A DNA stretch of 64,000 nucleotides, from the NCBI GenBank assembly GCA_002633005.1, contig NMRA01000185.1, positions 341,921 to 405,920 of the forward strand. Direction: 5' to 3'. A program made the translations under genes and the position numbers. Shown piece by piece: positions 38,001-50,800 of this stretch. The notes under the pieces were generated by a model that saw nothing but the letters and a program-made list of their open reading frames with translations, was not told the DNA's origin and did not search any database. Numbering within the stretch: position 1 is the stretch's first letter; each line of letters begins with the position of its first letter. The stretch comes from Phoronis australis (taxonomy: Eukaryota; Animalia; Phoronida).

Positions 38001-41000
38001 GACAAATTCATTAGACAAAATATCGCTATCACTAAACATAACAGATAATAACTGTTAGACAAAATTTCAAATACAAAATGGCCTCACCACCTTACTAATT
38101 TTTCTGCTAATTCCCCCTTCATTCTCAGTCATCAGGGGAGACTACTCTGACAATTAATTCAAATTCTGCCCAGCCGCCATGTTGTCTGAATACTTTTGGC
38201 TTGTACTGTATTTGGGTGCATTAAAAGAATTGGTTTAAGAAAACTGGAAATTTACGTCGTCAAAAGCTACAGAAGAGTCAAAGCTTCATACAACCATAGC
38301 TAGGTCGTCCTCAGTCAGTAGCAAACCAAGCACGAGGCGATGAGTCAAGCCAAGCAAGCAATCGATGAATGATGATGTCATATCCTGTAAAATTTGTTCA
38401 GAAAGTTCAGTGTTTAAAATGGCACTGCACGTTGCTTTAAGAAAATGTTGCTTGATGTTACCATGGATACAGAATGTGTTGCAAAGTGTTTAAGCAACAT
38501 CTCACGGTGAAATAGGCCATTCTCAGCCAGCAGCAAATTAAGCACAAGGTGATGAATCAAGCCAAGCAAGCAACCGAATGGTGATGTCATATCCTGCAAA
38601 ATTTGTTCAGAAAATTCGGTCTTTAAAACTGGCATTGCACGTGGCTTTAAGAAAGTGTTGCTTTATAGTTACAACTATGGATACAGAATATGTTGCAAAG
38701 TGTTTAGGAACATCTCATGGTGAAATAGGTCGTTTTCAGTCAGCAGCAAACCAAGCACGAGGTGATGAATCAAGCCAAGCAAGCAATCGATGAATGGTGA
38801 TGTCATGTCCTGCAAAATATGTCTAGAAAACTCGGTCTTTGAAATTGGCACTGCACGTGGCTTTAAGAAAGTGTTGCTTTATGTAACCATGGATACTGAA
38901 TATATTGAGAAGCGTTTAACTCAACATCTCACGGTGAAATTCTGAGCATATGTAGCAGTGCTCTTGCGGGAAATTGCGGAAATTTCACTGGGCACTGAAA
39001 AAGCACATTCAATACTCACAATATCATTGCCTACAACACAAGAAGTTTGAATCCGTTCAGGTTAAAACCTGGAACATTTGAATCGAGTCAAACAAAAAGT
39101 AGGTATGGGCATAAAGCCAAGCCCATAATGTTTGAATAGTCAAAGAATTGTGTTAATGCTACTAATAACAGTTGAAGATGCACTTTGCAGTATTTTGGTG
39201 GCTAAGAAATGGAAATCCAACTGAGCTTTATACTCTCACTAGAAATGAGCCTCGTAATAATATTCCCTACCGTGATAGCATTCTATCTCCATTACCAACA
39301 AGAATTTCGAAATCAACACCGATTCGAGAAAACCTTATCGAGGTTTTGTCTGTGGCTTGTGTTGCTGGCTAATTGGGCAACAATTCAAGATTGGATAAGG
39401 CCGGCCTACTTTTAACATCTGGGTAGGTAAGTAGGCCAAAAAATGTATAGCTTCGTACATCAATTTTGCTATTATTTCTCAACCAATGAACCAGGCGTTC
39501 TTTAAGAATCTTAAGAATAAGAATCTTAAGAAATTAACTACTGTACTCACTTTTGCAATTATGTCGAAGGATTTTTGCCTGTTTTTTGTAATGAAAAAAA
39601 CCAAGTTGCCGGTAAGACAGTCTCATCAATCAAGCAAAAGTGCAAAATTAATCATAGCACTTTATGTAGAGTAAAAAATAAGAAGTCTGAGGAATTTTGT
39701 TAATAAGATTTTCTGAGTCAACGGGTTTTTAGCAGGTCGGTCATGTAAGGGCAAGCCAACTTGATTTTTTATTAGGCTTGCAAGTGGCAACACATTCTGT
39801 TATGTGTTTTGAATAGTTTGATTTTCATTTGCCATCTGTCGGTGGTTTTTGCGTTAGTGATGCAGCCTCTACAGCATCTCATTTCCCACGTGACATTGTT
39901 CTTCAATAATATTTGCATAAGTGAGACTGTTTGACTGATCGTCATTTTAAGAGTAATGCGCCAATTTGATTCCTTATTACTCCAACACCTTTGCCAATAA
40001 CTTTGGTTACAGTTTTGTCATTGTGATTTATGCCACCAATTGGTGTAAGTATATTGTAGTTAGCTTGATAATATTGTCAGAGATTCAACATTGTAACGCG
40101 TTTTCTAAGTACCTTTTTGTATTACTGTAGACTCAAGGAGTTTAACGTTTGTTTAAGTATATAGGCAGTGTGAAACATTGCCAATGTAATTTGTAAATGA
40201 CTAACACATTGTCTGACACAACGGTTTTGCACGTTACAGTTGAATCGAGCAACTAACAAAAAATAAAGTTTACTGCACCTCATGCTTACGTTCATTTATG
40301 TCGGCTTAATGATTTTCGTGACCACAGTTGTTTTAATATTCCGTAGCACGTTGGTTGAAGATTCAACATCGGTAGCAAAATCCAGCTCTAAAAAATTTCA
40401 GTTGGATCTACAATGTGTATTTACAGGAAAGTGAATCGCAGTTGTTTTGGGAGCTGGAAATCCGTGTGATACCATTTTTAGACGTTGGCACCTTTAACAA
40501 GCTTAAATAGGTAGTAAATGAGGCAAAGATAAATTCAAGATGAGTATATAAATCAACGTTGGTATTTAAAAGTGAAAAATTTAACAACTAGGACATTAAA
40601 CTCGGATCTGAGTACAACACTTTTTGTCATTTGGAGGTACCCCTACCAATTCAACCAGCATAGCTCCATTACCACAGCCGAGGTCCAGCACAGATTGGTC
40701 AGTGGACACCTCAGAACATTCTTCCAGCCAACGGACCACCCGATACATGCTCTGTTCTCCATACCTGTCAAAAATGTCACATGTCATGAACACTCACAAA
40801 TAAAACAGTTTTCCAGCACGCAATTTGCAGTTGTATTCAACAGCAAACAGCTCATAACAAGTCAAACATTGGCAAACTAATTACCTTTAATTGAGTTATG
40901 AAGTTCAACAAATGCACTCATACCCTGCGTGGGCGGAGGTGTGATCTACAAGAGTGTACACCCACTCTATGATCAAGAGTGAAGTTCACAATTCACATAC

Positions 41001-44000
41001 AGAAAGCAGCAGAAGACAAACAGTCGCACGTAACAGGGGCGGATCCAGGGTTTTCATTTAGGGGTGGCCAGGGAGAGTCTTAGCCAGGATTTTGCCCGTC
41101 AGGCATTCGCACCCCCGAACTGCAAAACGGAATCTGGGAGAGTTTTAGGGAGGGCCATGGCCCCCTTGGCCCCCTCTAAATCCGCCACTGTGTAATTAGC
41201 ACCTCAGAAGAAAACAGAACGTACAAATGACACTCATCAGGCCATTGTAGGTTGTTTAAAGCACGATCTATGCACTGGTAATTCTGTAACTCACCACACG
41301 TCTCCTATATCACCGCTGTCTTCAAAGTTGCTCATTTCCTGTGTGTAAGTTTCGTCCCAACTGCAAAATACAAAAGTAAGTAAACTACAATCTGGCACAA
41401 TCATGCTGATCCCAGATGGTATATATAATATATATATATATATACACACATCGGCCCTCGACACAGGTGAAAATGCCCGCTCAAAAATATGAGTGACATC
41501 ATATCTGCACCAATAAAAAGTGACGGTTGACGACAAAAAAAAACGCCAAACATACCCTCTGCACCACTTCAAATAATACAAGTGAAGTCCATTTCCTAAT
41601 TGTATTTCACTTTTTCTACTCACACTTACAGGCCTGTACTCACTCATGTTTAATCCTGTAAATCCTGCCCAACTCCTGGCCTACTAGACAGAGGCACAGA
41701 AATGTAAGTTAAACAATGATTTTTTTTCCACATGATCCAAACACAACGCGTAAAATTTGGACTACCGGCTCCCAAACAATACCTGTAGATAGTCAACACA
41801 AAATAGCTATCACTGAAGAGGCCACCCTCATTTTAAATATCACAATAAAAAAATAAACAATACATCTCTGCAGCAGCCACATCTCACATAACAAAGCGCC
41901 CTCTATGATTCTGCTGCGGTATTTACCCACAATGCTGTATGTTTGCATGACGTGCTGGGCCATACTAATCACAATTTCACATCCGCATATAAGTTTAACA
42001 TTTGTCATTCTGACGCCAACTACATTTCACTGTCATGTAGTGAGTTGAAATGAACAAAAAATCTGAAGCTAAATGTGACGCAGCAACGTGTCCGACTCGA
42101 CTCAGAAGTTTACTTTTCGATAACTAAGTCTATCATGCAATGCTTTTTTTCTGCCCCAGTAAATGAATGGAGTTGAATCTGGTATGTGAGACATCTGGAA
42201 AACAGAGCTCAACTGGCTTAGAATGCTTTTCTACGTACTCTAAGACATACCGATAAGAATAACAACAGGCCACAGCACAGACAGCAGGAACTGAGTGAAG
42301 TCGGGATTTTCTGATAGATGTCACCCTATTACATTTCACCTTTTAAACACACTGGAGAAACCTTGGCAGTGACTGACCAACCCTATTTTTCATAAGGTTT
42401 TCATGAGATGACCTTTGACCTGTGAGTAATGTCATAGCACAAATAAATACATATGGTAAATTCAGTGCTAAAAAACGATCAAAAACAAATCTAACTTGAA
42501 GACAGAGCATGTAACAAACTTTGTACTATTATTTAAATCCTACAGCAAATCTTGCAGCTATCAAAAACAACAAGAAAACGTTTGTCACAACCAACAGCTT
42601 GTTGAAACCAAACCATTCCAAAACCATAACAGCACAGTGACAGTCTCATTGATGACACCTATGTAACCTTACATACACTATCCAACATGTTAGCATGTTA
42701 TGCACAGCACTACAAAACCTTCACAGAGACATTTATTGTGCAAATGGAAAACTAAATAGCTAACTTGAAATTACAATACTTTTAATTGACAACAACCAGA
42801 ACACAGGATTGATTCATGAATTTTTGGTGTTGTCACTAACATCCTGGCAATCTGGAATGGATCATAAAACTAAAAAAGATCGTGGGTACACTGTCGTATA
42901 TGGGTGCACTTGTGCTATTCACAGAGCAAGGGTGTTACAATATCATATCTAATCGCTGACTGCTTCTCCAATAAAGGAGGTCCTAATATAATTACCCATG
43001 ACCTACTCCCTGAAAAACACATTTTCTCTACCGCAAAACAGACGGAAAAGCCCAGTACAGACATTGATGGCAAATATTAACATACATTCTTGAATGGATG
43101 CGTCATGAATTTGGTTGTTTACAATTTCTCATTGACACCTCAGTCAAGTAGCAAAGTTATAGTCCTTAAGTTGAATATTCATACCTGCACATGATAAAAT
43201 CATGGATCAAACCTTCATCCATTGCTTCAACAGGAATATTCGCTGCCACTAATCTGAGTTATTACAATCTCAAGTTTGCAATTTTCTCTTGGCCTACTTA
43301 GCATTGCTTGGGCCTTTAAGGGACGAAGTCAAATTTCATCCCAATCTAAATGCACATTAGGATCTACTAGTACTCATGTTATTCCTAGCTACCCAGTACT
43401 AACACAACCTATATGCATTTTCCCATGAAGACCTTTTGTATGTGGACATGCATCTAAGAACAATGGACAAACAATGTACAGTACATAACTAAAAGCCTTC
43501 CAATACATGCCAGATATTAGTATGCTAAAGGAATCCAGAGGATTGGAAGTTCAGACGAAAATTTCATTTTGAAAAATTTGTAAGCTTGGGACTTAAATGT
43601 TTATAATTAAAATTAGTTTCACACAAAATCTTGTATCAAGTTCAAAATGTATTACTTGATTTGATTTTGTATCTCATGAAGTTGTATCTGACAAAGGCAA
43701 ACACAATTTCCTTAATGTCATCCGAGGCTTAATATACCAAGACATTTGACCTTCCATGTTTAGGACTTTAGATCTTCTTGAGATACTAATTCTCAACGCT
43801 GCTTTTCAAGAGCTGACATCACTTCCTTGAAGTTTTGTTGCGAGTTTAGACAGAGCACGTCTGACCACCAGACCTGTTGAATTGTTAACCTACAGTTTAG
43901 CATTACAATACTGTTTATCAGTGTTCTAAGAAGTTGAAAAACGTAAATGAAGACTTTCCTTCAAGTCGTGTGGAACAGATATGAATTTGATCCCCTCAGC

Positions 44001-44837
44001 TATCAAAGACTACATGAAGCACACCTCAAACATATCCCTATCACATGCCCTTGAATGTACATTCGCTTTTTTATTTTTAATTCATGGAGTTGTATTAGTC
44101 CTAAATATCGAATGTTTTATATAAAATTCTACGGTACCTGAAGCATAATCGCCATACAGTCAAGTGACCTAATTATCGGACGTTTTGGCACATTTTGCCT
44201 TATATTTAATTGAAAATATTACGGATTGTTATAAATTCTTTGCTAAAATAAAGATTTACCTTCACGGAATTGTTCTGTTACTATATCTTGTCACTGAAAG
44301 CCACATTTATGTTCCGACTGATCTTCAAAAAACACAACAACCAAACCTTCGGAGAACCTAAATATCGGACACCATGTTTCTCCATACGCCACACCGCGGA
44401 AAACTGACTAACCACGTAATGGCCGCGGGCACCTTGTCGCCAAATTTCAGCTCGAGTGTTTTGACATATATGCTGCTAGAACCCAGGTCCATTCGCAACA
44501 AAATTATCCATGAAATGAAATCTGATGACGGCGCCAAGTCGTTTCGATGAATTAGTGNNNNNNNNNNNNNNNNNNNNNNNNNNNNNNNNNNNNNNNNNNN
44601 NNNNNNNNNNNNNAAATCAGGTCCATCCGATATTTAAAAAATTAGGCCTAAGCCTCTTGGAGTTACAGGTAATTTTAAGCGCCGAGCAATAACGAAGCCC
44701 CAACTATGTACAAGACTTGAAACGTCTTCTCGACTGAATGAGGAAACTCAAACCAATTTTTGGAATACAAACTGTTCTTTTGTGCCAAGTTTGGAAGGGT
44801 TCAAATCACAGCAGCTGTCACCCAAGGGCGCAGACAT
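28943..44837 (-). CDS. EEF1AKMT2: EEF1A lysine methyltransferase 2 (METTL10/Efm4 ortholog), 6 coding exons, 228 aa
   Basis: Exons 44837-44773, 41360-41295, 40764-40647, 36985-36881, 31730-31505 and 29049-28943 are all GT-AG and phase-compatible (687 nt in total). Protein: MSAPLGDSCCDLNPSKLGTKEHWDETY...GDVWYGEQSMYRVVRW...VLDLGCGNG (motif I)...LTGIDY...DKGTYDSI...SCNWTKEE...PTPTFQFGGKTG..., which carries the diagnostic METTL10/Efm4 motifs. Confidence 0.95.
29130..29828 (-). mobile_element. Interspersed repeat family A, copy 4, interrupted by a ~220-bp insert
   Basis: Reverse-complement match; terminus ...ctccatacctcTTTAA suggests a TTAA|AG end. Confidence 0.68.
29879..30686. mobile_element. 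PIF/Harbinger (Tourist-like) MITE with TAA TSD
   Basis: TAA|gggctgttccagtaaaatccgtgtgggagggg ... cccctcccatacagattttgctggaacagccc|TAA. Confidence 0.85.
31505..31730 (-). CDS. EEF1AKMT2: EEF1AKMT2 coding exon 5 (DKGTYDSI...SCNWTKEE)
   Basis: tttgcag acceptor, A|gtaagt donor, 226 nt. Confidence 0.94.
34967..35014 (-). ncRNA. Minimal type I hammerhead ribozyme, inverted copy (sense to EEF1AKMT2)
   Basis: Exact reverse complement of 35176-35223. Confidence 0.82.
35176..35223 (+). ncRNA. Minimal type I hammerhead ribozyme (Penelope-type)
   Basis: gactt-CTGAGGA-t-ggtgtt(taataaat)gacacc-GAAAC-at-GTC-aagtt. Catalytic core is intact, with a 5-bp stem I, a 6-bp stem II and a palindromic ACATGT stem III. 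Predicted cleavage is after C35218. Confidence 0.82.
36881..36985 (-). CDS. EEF1AKMT2: EEF1AKMT2 coding exon 4 (ASKGFTDLTGIDY...VKFE)
   Basis: ctcacag acceptor, GAG|gtgatg donor, 105 nt. Confidence 0.92.
38312..38940. repeat. ~213-bp tandem repeat, about 3 copies
   Basis: caagccaagcaagcaa..gatgtcat.tcctg..gctttaagaaa.tgttgctt..atggatac..catctca.ggtgaaat recurs near 38374, 38583 and 38799. Confidence 0.9.
40647..40764 (-). CDS. EEF1AKMT2: EEF1AKMT2 coding exon 3 (SAM-binding motif I VLDLGCGNG)
   Basis: tttgacag acceptor, TTG|gtaggg donor, 118 nt. Confidence 0.93.
41034..41190. mobile_element. GC-rich MITE family C copy
   Basis: TIRs caggggcggatccagg / ctctaaatccgccactg. Confidence 0.78.
41295..41360 (-). 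CDS. EEF1AKMT2: EEF1AKMT2 coding exon 2 (WDETYTQEMSNFEDSGDIGDVW)
   Basis: tattttgcag acceptor, TG|gtgagt donor, 66 nt. Confidence 0.93.
44773..44837 (-). CDS. EEF1AKMT2: EEF1AKMT2 coding exon 1 (MSAPLGDSCCDLNPSKLGTKEH)
   Basis: ATG in gccaagATGt context; conserved PSxLGTxEH/W motif; phase-2 donor CA|gtttgt. Not present in the ORF track. Confidence 0.9.
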
Positions 44838-47800
44838 CTTGGCTTCAAAAAGAGGCTATCACGTCATCGAAAAGCGAGGTATTACCAAAGACGCTAACAA
44901 AACTATTCAGCAAGGCCGCCGCCATTATTATGTCATGGACCGTGACGACACCTCGCGGGTGTGTGGGCCGACGAAGTACGCAAGGCATTGACTATGGCCG
45001 ATTTTAGTTTGTCAAATTCAATATTGTCAGTGAAGTGTCTTTGTTTAAAATATTGAAAACAAAAAAACACCAGCACTGTAATGGAAAAATACACATAAGC
45101 AAAATATAGAGTAAACCAAGAAAAAATTTGGGCAGCAAAGGTAATATAATTACGTGAAATACATCATAACCAAGAGGGAGACTCAGTAAAAAGAGCTGAG
45201 CAGATGGAAGTAGGTTATTGGAGAATGGGCAGGTACTGAGCCTGTATGATTTTGTCCAGGGGTGACAGGAACATCAAATGGATCTGCTAAAGAAGAGATA
45301 GGAGCAAAAACGGGGGGGGGGTGCGCTTCAACCAAAAGGTTGGGGGCGGAGATAGCTTTCTTCCCCCCAATATTCCAGGTGTCATTATCAATTAATTAAC
45401 AGTTAATTATGTAAGCTTTCAACGCACAAAATTTGTTTTAAAATAAAATGGAAAAATTAATAGACTCTCCTCCCCCCAACCATCAAATGTTTCCTACGCC
45501 AATGTCCAAAAACTGCCCTCTTACGCCATCCAAACACGGGTCCAGATTTTTCTTTCGAAAATTCACATCTTAAGAACGTTCTAGATTGAAGCAGTTGTGT
45601 CTGTGCCCATTTAAATTAAACTGTCCCAAATATCGGCCCAACAGGGTCATATCCGGGATTTTTAAAGGGGGGGGGTCGGATAATGTTTTTTAAGACAGGT
45701 GGCCCAAGTCAACAATTTGAAAATTCTAGCATTGATATCACTACAATCAAGTAACATGGGGGTCCACACCCCTTTGACCCCCCACCCTTGATCCGCCTGT
45801 ACTCAACTGAGTTGGTAAATCTTTTAGGGATTTTTTTGTTCTTTACTCACAGTTTTTATATTTTTCTATCATTTTATCTTTATTATGAGCATCTCTTTGG
45901 ACTGTTATAATAATATAATTAAAAACTGAGCTCTTAATTCAGTTAAAACATTTAGGGACTTAGTCCTTAAATTAGGCGCATTGCATGAAAAGATCCCTAC
46001 TTATTTTCAATCATATTGAGAATTCAACGTAGAAAACTCACAAAAACGTAGTAGTTTTAGGGATCATAGTGGAGTCGCTATTTGGGACTAATTCACTGGA
46101 CCCCAAGAACCCGTGCCCGATGGTATCTGAAATGGGTAGCGAATTGGGGTGGGTTGTGGTGAATGAAACTGGAGGCAAGAGGGGTAGTAAATAACATAAG
46201 GACGCCTTACTCCCTGACTTGATGTTTTAAGACCCATGTCAAAACAAAAATCTAAACAAACGACATCGTCACCGGAGTGTAACAAGTTTCCAAGGTATTA
46301 CACATACTACCGAAGTGCACACGGATATATGGCTCAATGTGCCTTTAAAAGAACACTTCCTTCACCACTTCTTATGGCAAATAATCAAGTAGATTACCAA
46401 ACCATAAAAGTAACATTTATTATGCACTGAAGTCCATATCATGATCATATTGATCAACGACAGCCAGGATGTTGACTGTATGGGATCACAAGAAATAATT
46501 TAAATAAGTAATAGCAAATAAACAAAAAATAAACAATAATAAATAATCAAGAATAGATATAAAAACAAAAGTAGCAATAATAAATTAGTAAATAACAGTA
46601 CTTTAATTATCTTTTAGATCTGAATGTATTAAGACTGCAGAACGAAATGAAAGAAAGTAATTAGACGCATCAATGGGCATAGAATAAACTAATCAGTAGT
46701 TCCCAAAATCATGAAAACAATGTATGATACTTTTCTATATCAGCAATCAAATGCAGGAAACAGTAAAGACATTAAATTAAAATCACCCAGTCCATCACTG
46801 AATGACTGGCAACAATTTCACGCAGAAATATGCTCTGTTTCAATCATGAACATCACCTATCTTAATAACAAATTTTCAATTAACTGTTGCTGCAGCCGTA
46901 GGCAGTGCAAAAAGCACCATTGCTTTTTTACCGACGGGAGCCGTGACATCTCGCCACATTTGATTATTGCACGCACACTCGCTAGACGTCTCAATGGCCA
47001 GTGAAACAACAATGTCCGCCAGTGGCCGTCGGATGGGATTTTGCTAGGTGGACTGTCTCCGTATCTACGGTCTCTGATGGTAGCACCAAGGATGTTGCAG
47101 TTACTGGCGCCATGCCTAATCCGACAGCACCACTGACAATTCCCTCTACAGTCACAGGCACAATAGGGACCGCTGGGTGCAGACTTTTCGACATCCCCGC
47201 TTGACTTACTTTCTCATGCAATTCCACAACTTTCTGAAATGAGTGAATACAAAAATGCATTTAAGGTATCTACACATATTAACTGCCTACAACTGTCTAC
47301 TTGTCCACACCTACATTTTTAACAAACAGCCTGGCTCAAGACTCATCCTCTGATTTTCAGCATATTTGTTAATCAAAGGGATTTAAAAATCCCGAGTGTG
47401 TTAAACCAAACAAATACTTAAAATACCATTTCAGATCAATAAAAGTATACATCCAAGTCATGAAATTAAAAACAACAGAGTCCGCTTTTTATTACTATAG
47501 TAAATAGAGAGGTGAGCTTCAGGTAGCAATACAATAGATATAACAAAACCATCAGTCATGGAGGATGAAATTGTGGTCATTATCAATTACGTCCTATTAC
47601 TTCACCTAAGAGCTTTACTAAAGCAGCACTGTATGGTGCTCAGCAGATGGGGGTGTTTCACTGGGCTCACTCGTGGCGTAGCTGTGATCTATTGCCTGGA
47701 AAAGCATTACTTGCATTATAACAAATACAACATGCAGGAAAAACACGTGCCATCAGCAATATTGTCTATGCAGCGTCACTCACTCTATCCCATTAATGCA

Positions 47801-50800
47801 GATAAGTAACCACTCTTCGGAGCAAAGTTGCATTGGAATAACGCCTGATTGATATATTTTTCAAGTAATGACCCTTCGGACTATAAGTCCTTCAAAGTAC
47901 AATGAAGGCCCATCACAGTTTAGACCTAAACCCATACTAGTCTACTGGACTAAGTTAACATCACAGCATTTCTCCTTAGCAGGCCCTCACATTTGCTGTT
48001 TATCAATGTTGAAGAAATGAAAGAAATTACAATTTAGATCCAATCATAGAATAGAAACACCAGTTGATCAGTAGGCCCTGAGTCATGAAACACATGCAGG
48101 ACAATTTCGGTTATACAGTTTGATAGGTGGGTTCCTGACTAAAAATTCATTCTAGAACCAGTTACTACCTCTGAATAACGGGTGTAATTCATTGGGTGTA
48201 ACTGGCTCTGAACTCAAGTACCCATCATCAAGGCCATGTACCTGATTACCACAATTTTGCTTTGAGTAATCAAGTAAAACCTTGAAACTTAAAGGTAAGA
48301 CAAGTTCAAATCACTCTGCCAACATCAATGGGTGACTGGCAGCATATTCACAAAAAGAATTCTTTATATCACCCTGTCTTTATCACTGGGGAGATGAGCA
48401 AGTCCCGATTCTTCAACTGACTGTTGCTGCAGCGCAAAAAAGCTCCTCTGATCCTCTTTTTAGGAACTGCAGCCGCCATATCTTATTTTGAAGTTACTTG
48501 ACGCAGCACTACCCTCAGAAGTATTAACTAAGGGAAATCTATATGAACTACATGATCAGATAAAATACCTTGTCTCTGTGTGGTGATGAGACAATGTGAG
48601 GAAGATTTCGTCTAGTGAGAGTCGGCAGTGGGTTACGACATGTGATTATGTTGTAATCGCCACCAATTAAGCGCTGCCGTGTTCACTTTGTGTCATGGTA
48701 ATAAATGTTATTTATATGTGAACAGATGACTGACCGAGGTGACAAGGTTATTGTAGAATTCTGCCTCAAGTGATGCGGCGTTGTTAAATTTACAGCGACA
48801 TTAATCAATCATGCAGTTGAATTATAATAAATTATTGTAATACATGTATATTTGAGCTGAATTTTTATAAGTTAAATTGGAAACCCGTGAAAATCTTGAT
48901 TGTATAACAGTTGTCAAGTAAAGATCAAAGCATTATTTCTTACTTCACTTATTATGTCCATGTACATTATAGCATCATTTCGTCGGTGTTCGTCACGTCG
49001 ACTTAAATGAAGAGTATTTTGTATTGTTTCATCCCAGGTAGAATAGTTCTGTTCAGGTCACACTCTTAGATTGTCTAGGATGCATCAGTTGATCACGTTT
49101 TGCCGACACTTTTGTGTCCACGTTTATCATTGGAGGTTAGGCTGCATGTGAACTGGGGTGTACTCTGGTTGTAGTTGTCCTGTATTGTCAGCACTTGTTC
49201 GGCTCTCTGAGTCAGATTAACATTGTATGTGAACCTGTGGATTATCAGTGTTCTTCACTATGCTCTGGCACTTCCCATTTTGTGAATAACTGGACACTAC
49301 ACACGGCTCAGATTCCCACGATACGTTTTTTTCGCGTTCTTGTCGAAGTTTAATGATTTGCTTTGTACCAGATAGCCTAGTCGACTGTAGTAGTGCCGAC
49401 GTGCTTATGCGACTATACTTACTGACTGCGCTATCGTTTTAATAAGCTGTAGTAATGCACCCTGAAAACTTTTTGTCCATTAGTGTATTGGCCAATGGGG
49501 TTGTAAATAGTAGGTTGTTGAGAGGTGATTGTTGTCGTGGTAACCACATTCTCTGGTCAGTCATAATATTAAATAGTGTAATTTTGTAATTATTCTGTGT
49601 ACATAATACCTAGTTCTTGATAAATATAGCACTAGCATGAACAATTATGTGTGATTTTGACTTTTATTTGATGGCATGGATTGTAAAACTGTCCTGCAAA
49701 AGCTGTGCTTTCTGTCGAAAAGTTTTGATTTAGATCACTTCCTTGTGAAGTTTGTCTAGTGTTGAATTGTTCCTCAGTCAAAATACGGTAAGCGTGGTTT
49801 CAGGGTTTGGATAGACCTGAAGATGATTACGTCTTAAGGCTCAGCTCATTAAATTTCATGAACTTGGTCTGTAGAAAAAACCTGTTGTCAGTTCTCCCAG
49901 AGGTCAGAGGTCACACTCATTTTGACAATGGATCAATTAGACTATTTTCATAACTGTAAGTGACCTCTATAAAAACTGAGTTACTATATGACCAATTTTA
50001 TAACAGCAAATAGTCTAAAACAGAAAGCATGGGTTTGGTCTTGTTCATACTAACACTTGCTGATCGCAAGTTGTTTGTGCTGTGAAGTATGCTTTGATTT
50101 TGGCCCAAAAAGGACTTCGAGGGAAGGAGTCGAGGCGGGCTGCTAGCGTGCGTTTTTTGAAGTTCATGAAATGTCTTTGCAAAATGACAAAGTTCAGTGT
50201 TTTATTCGTTGCCTTTTCACATCCATTCGTATGAGGAAATTTCCTGCAGCTTTAATACCGTTATGATTCTTTGATGGGAATATTCAGATACGTTCATCTT
50301 CCTTGTACTCTTAATATACAGCTTGCCGTACCCCGATCAAAATAACCACGTTTTACGGTACACTTCCAGGCAGCAGTCGTTGGGGGGTAGTAGGAGAAAA
50401 TGTACGTTTACAGCCGATATAATGGAAAAATCGGGGTGGAGTTCAGTAGCTGTTTCGCGGCGAGAAAATCTAGCCTGCAAAATCACGTGCTCTCATTTGA
50501 AATGCACGGTAATATCTCGCGTAATTTCGTGAAATCTTGCTTTCCTAGCGAGGTCTTAGCGTTATCAGTTTTGATGCATAAAAAGATGGATAGTTTCTGA
50601 CGTAAACAGTTATCGTTAATTCCGTGACGTTAAGAAGATGGGAGAAGTCTCTCCAGAGATCTATTAGCCCTTTTGAGATTTTTGGAAAGGCTTTCCGTAG
50701 TTCAAAGGTTCCCTGAAGGAAACCGGTAATATATTTCTACAGGGTGTATCACGAGGACTACTAAATTATACCTCAGTATAACATTTACACAATATTCTCA

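Noticed and set aside
46991-47260. GC-richer ORFs on both strands upstream of EEF1AKMT2
   Set aside because: No recognisable domain and no consistent exon chain; cannot be supported as a gene.
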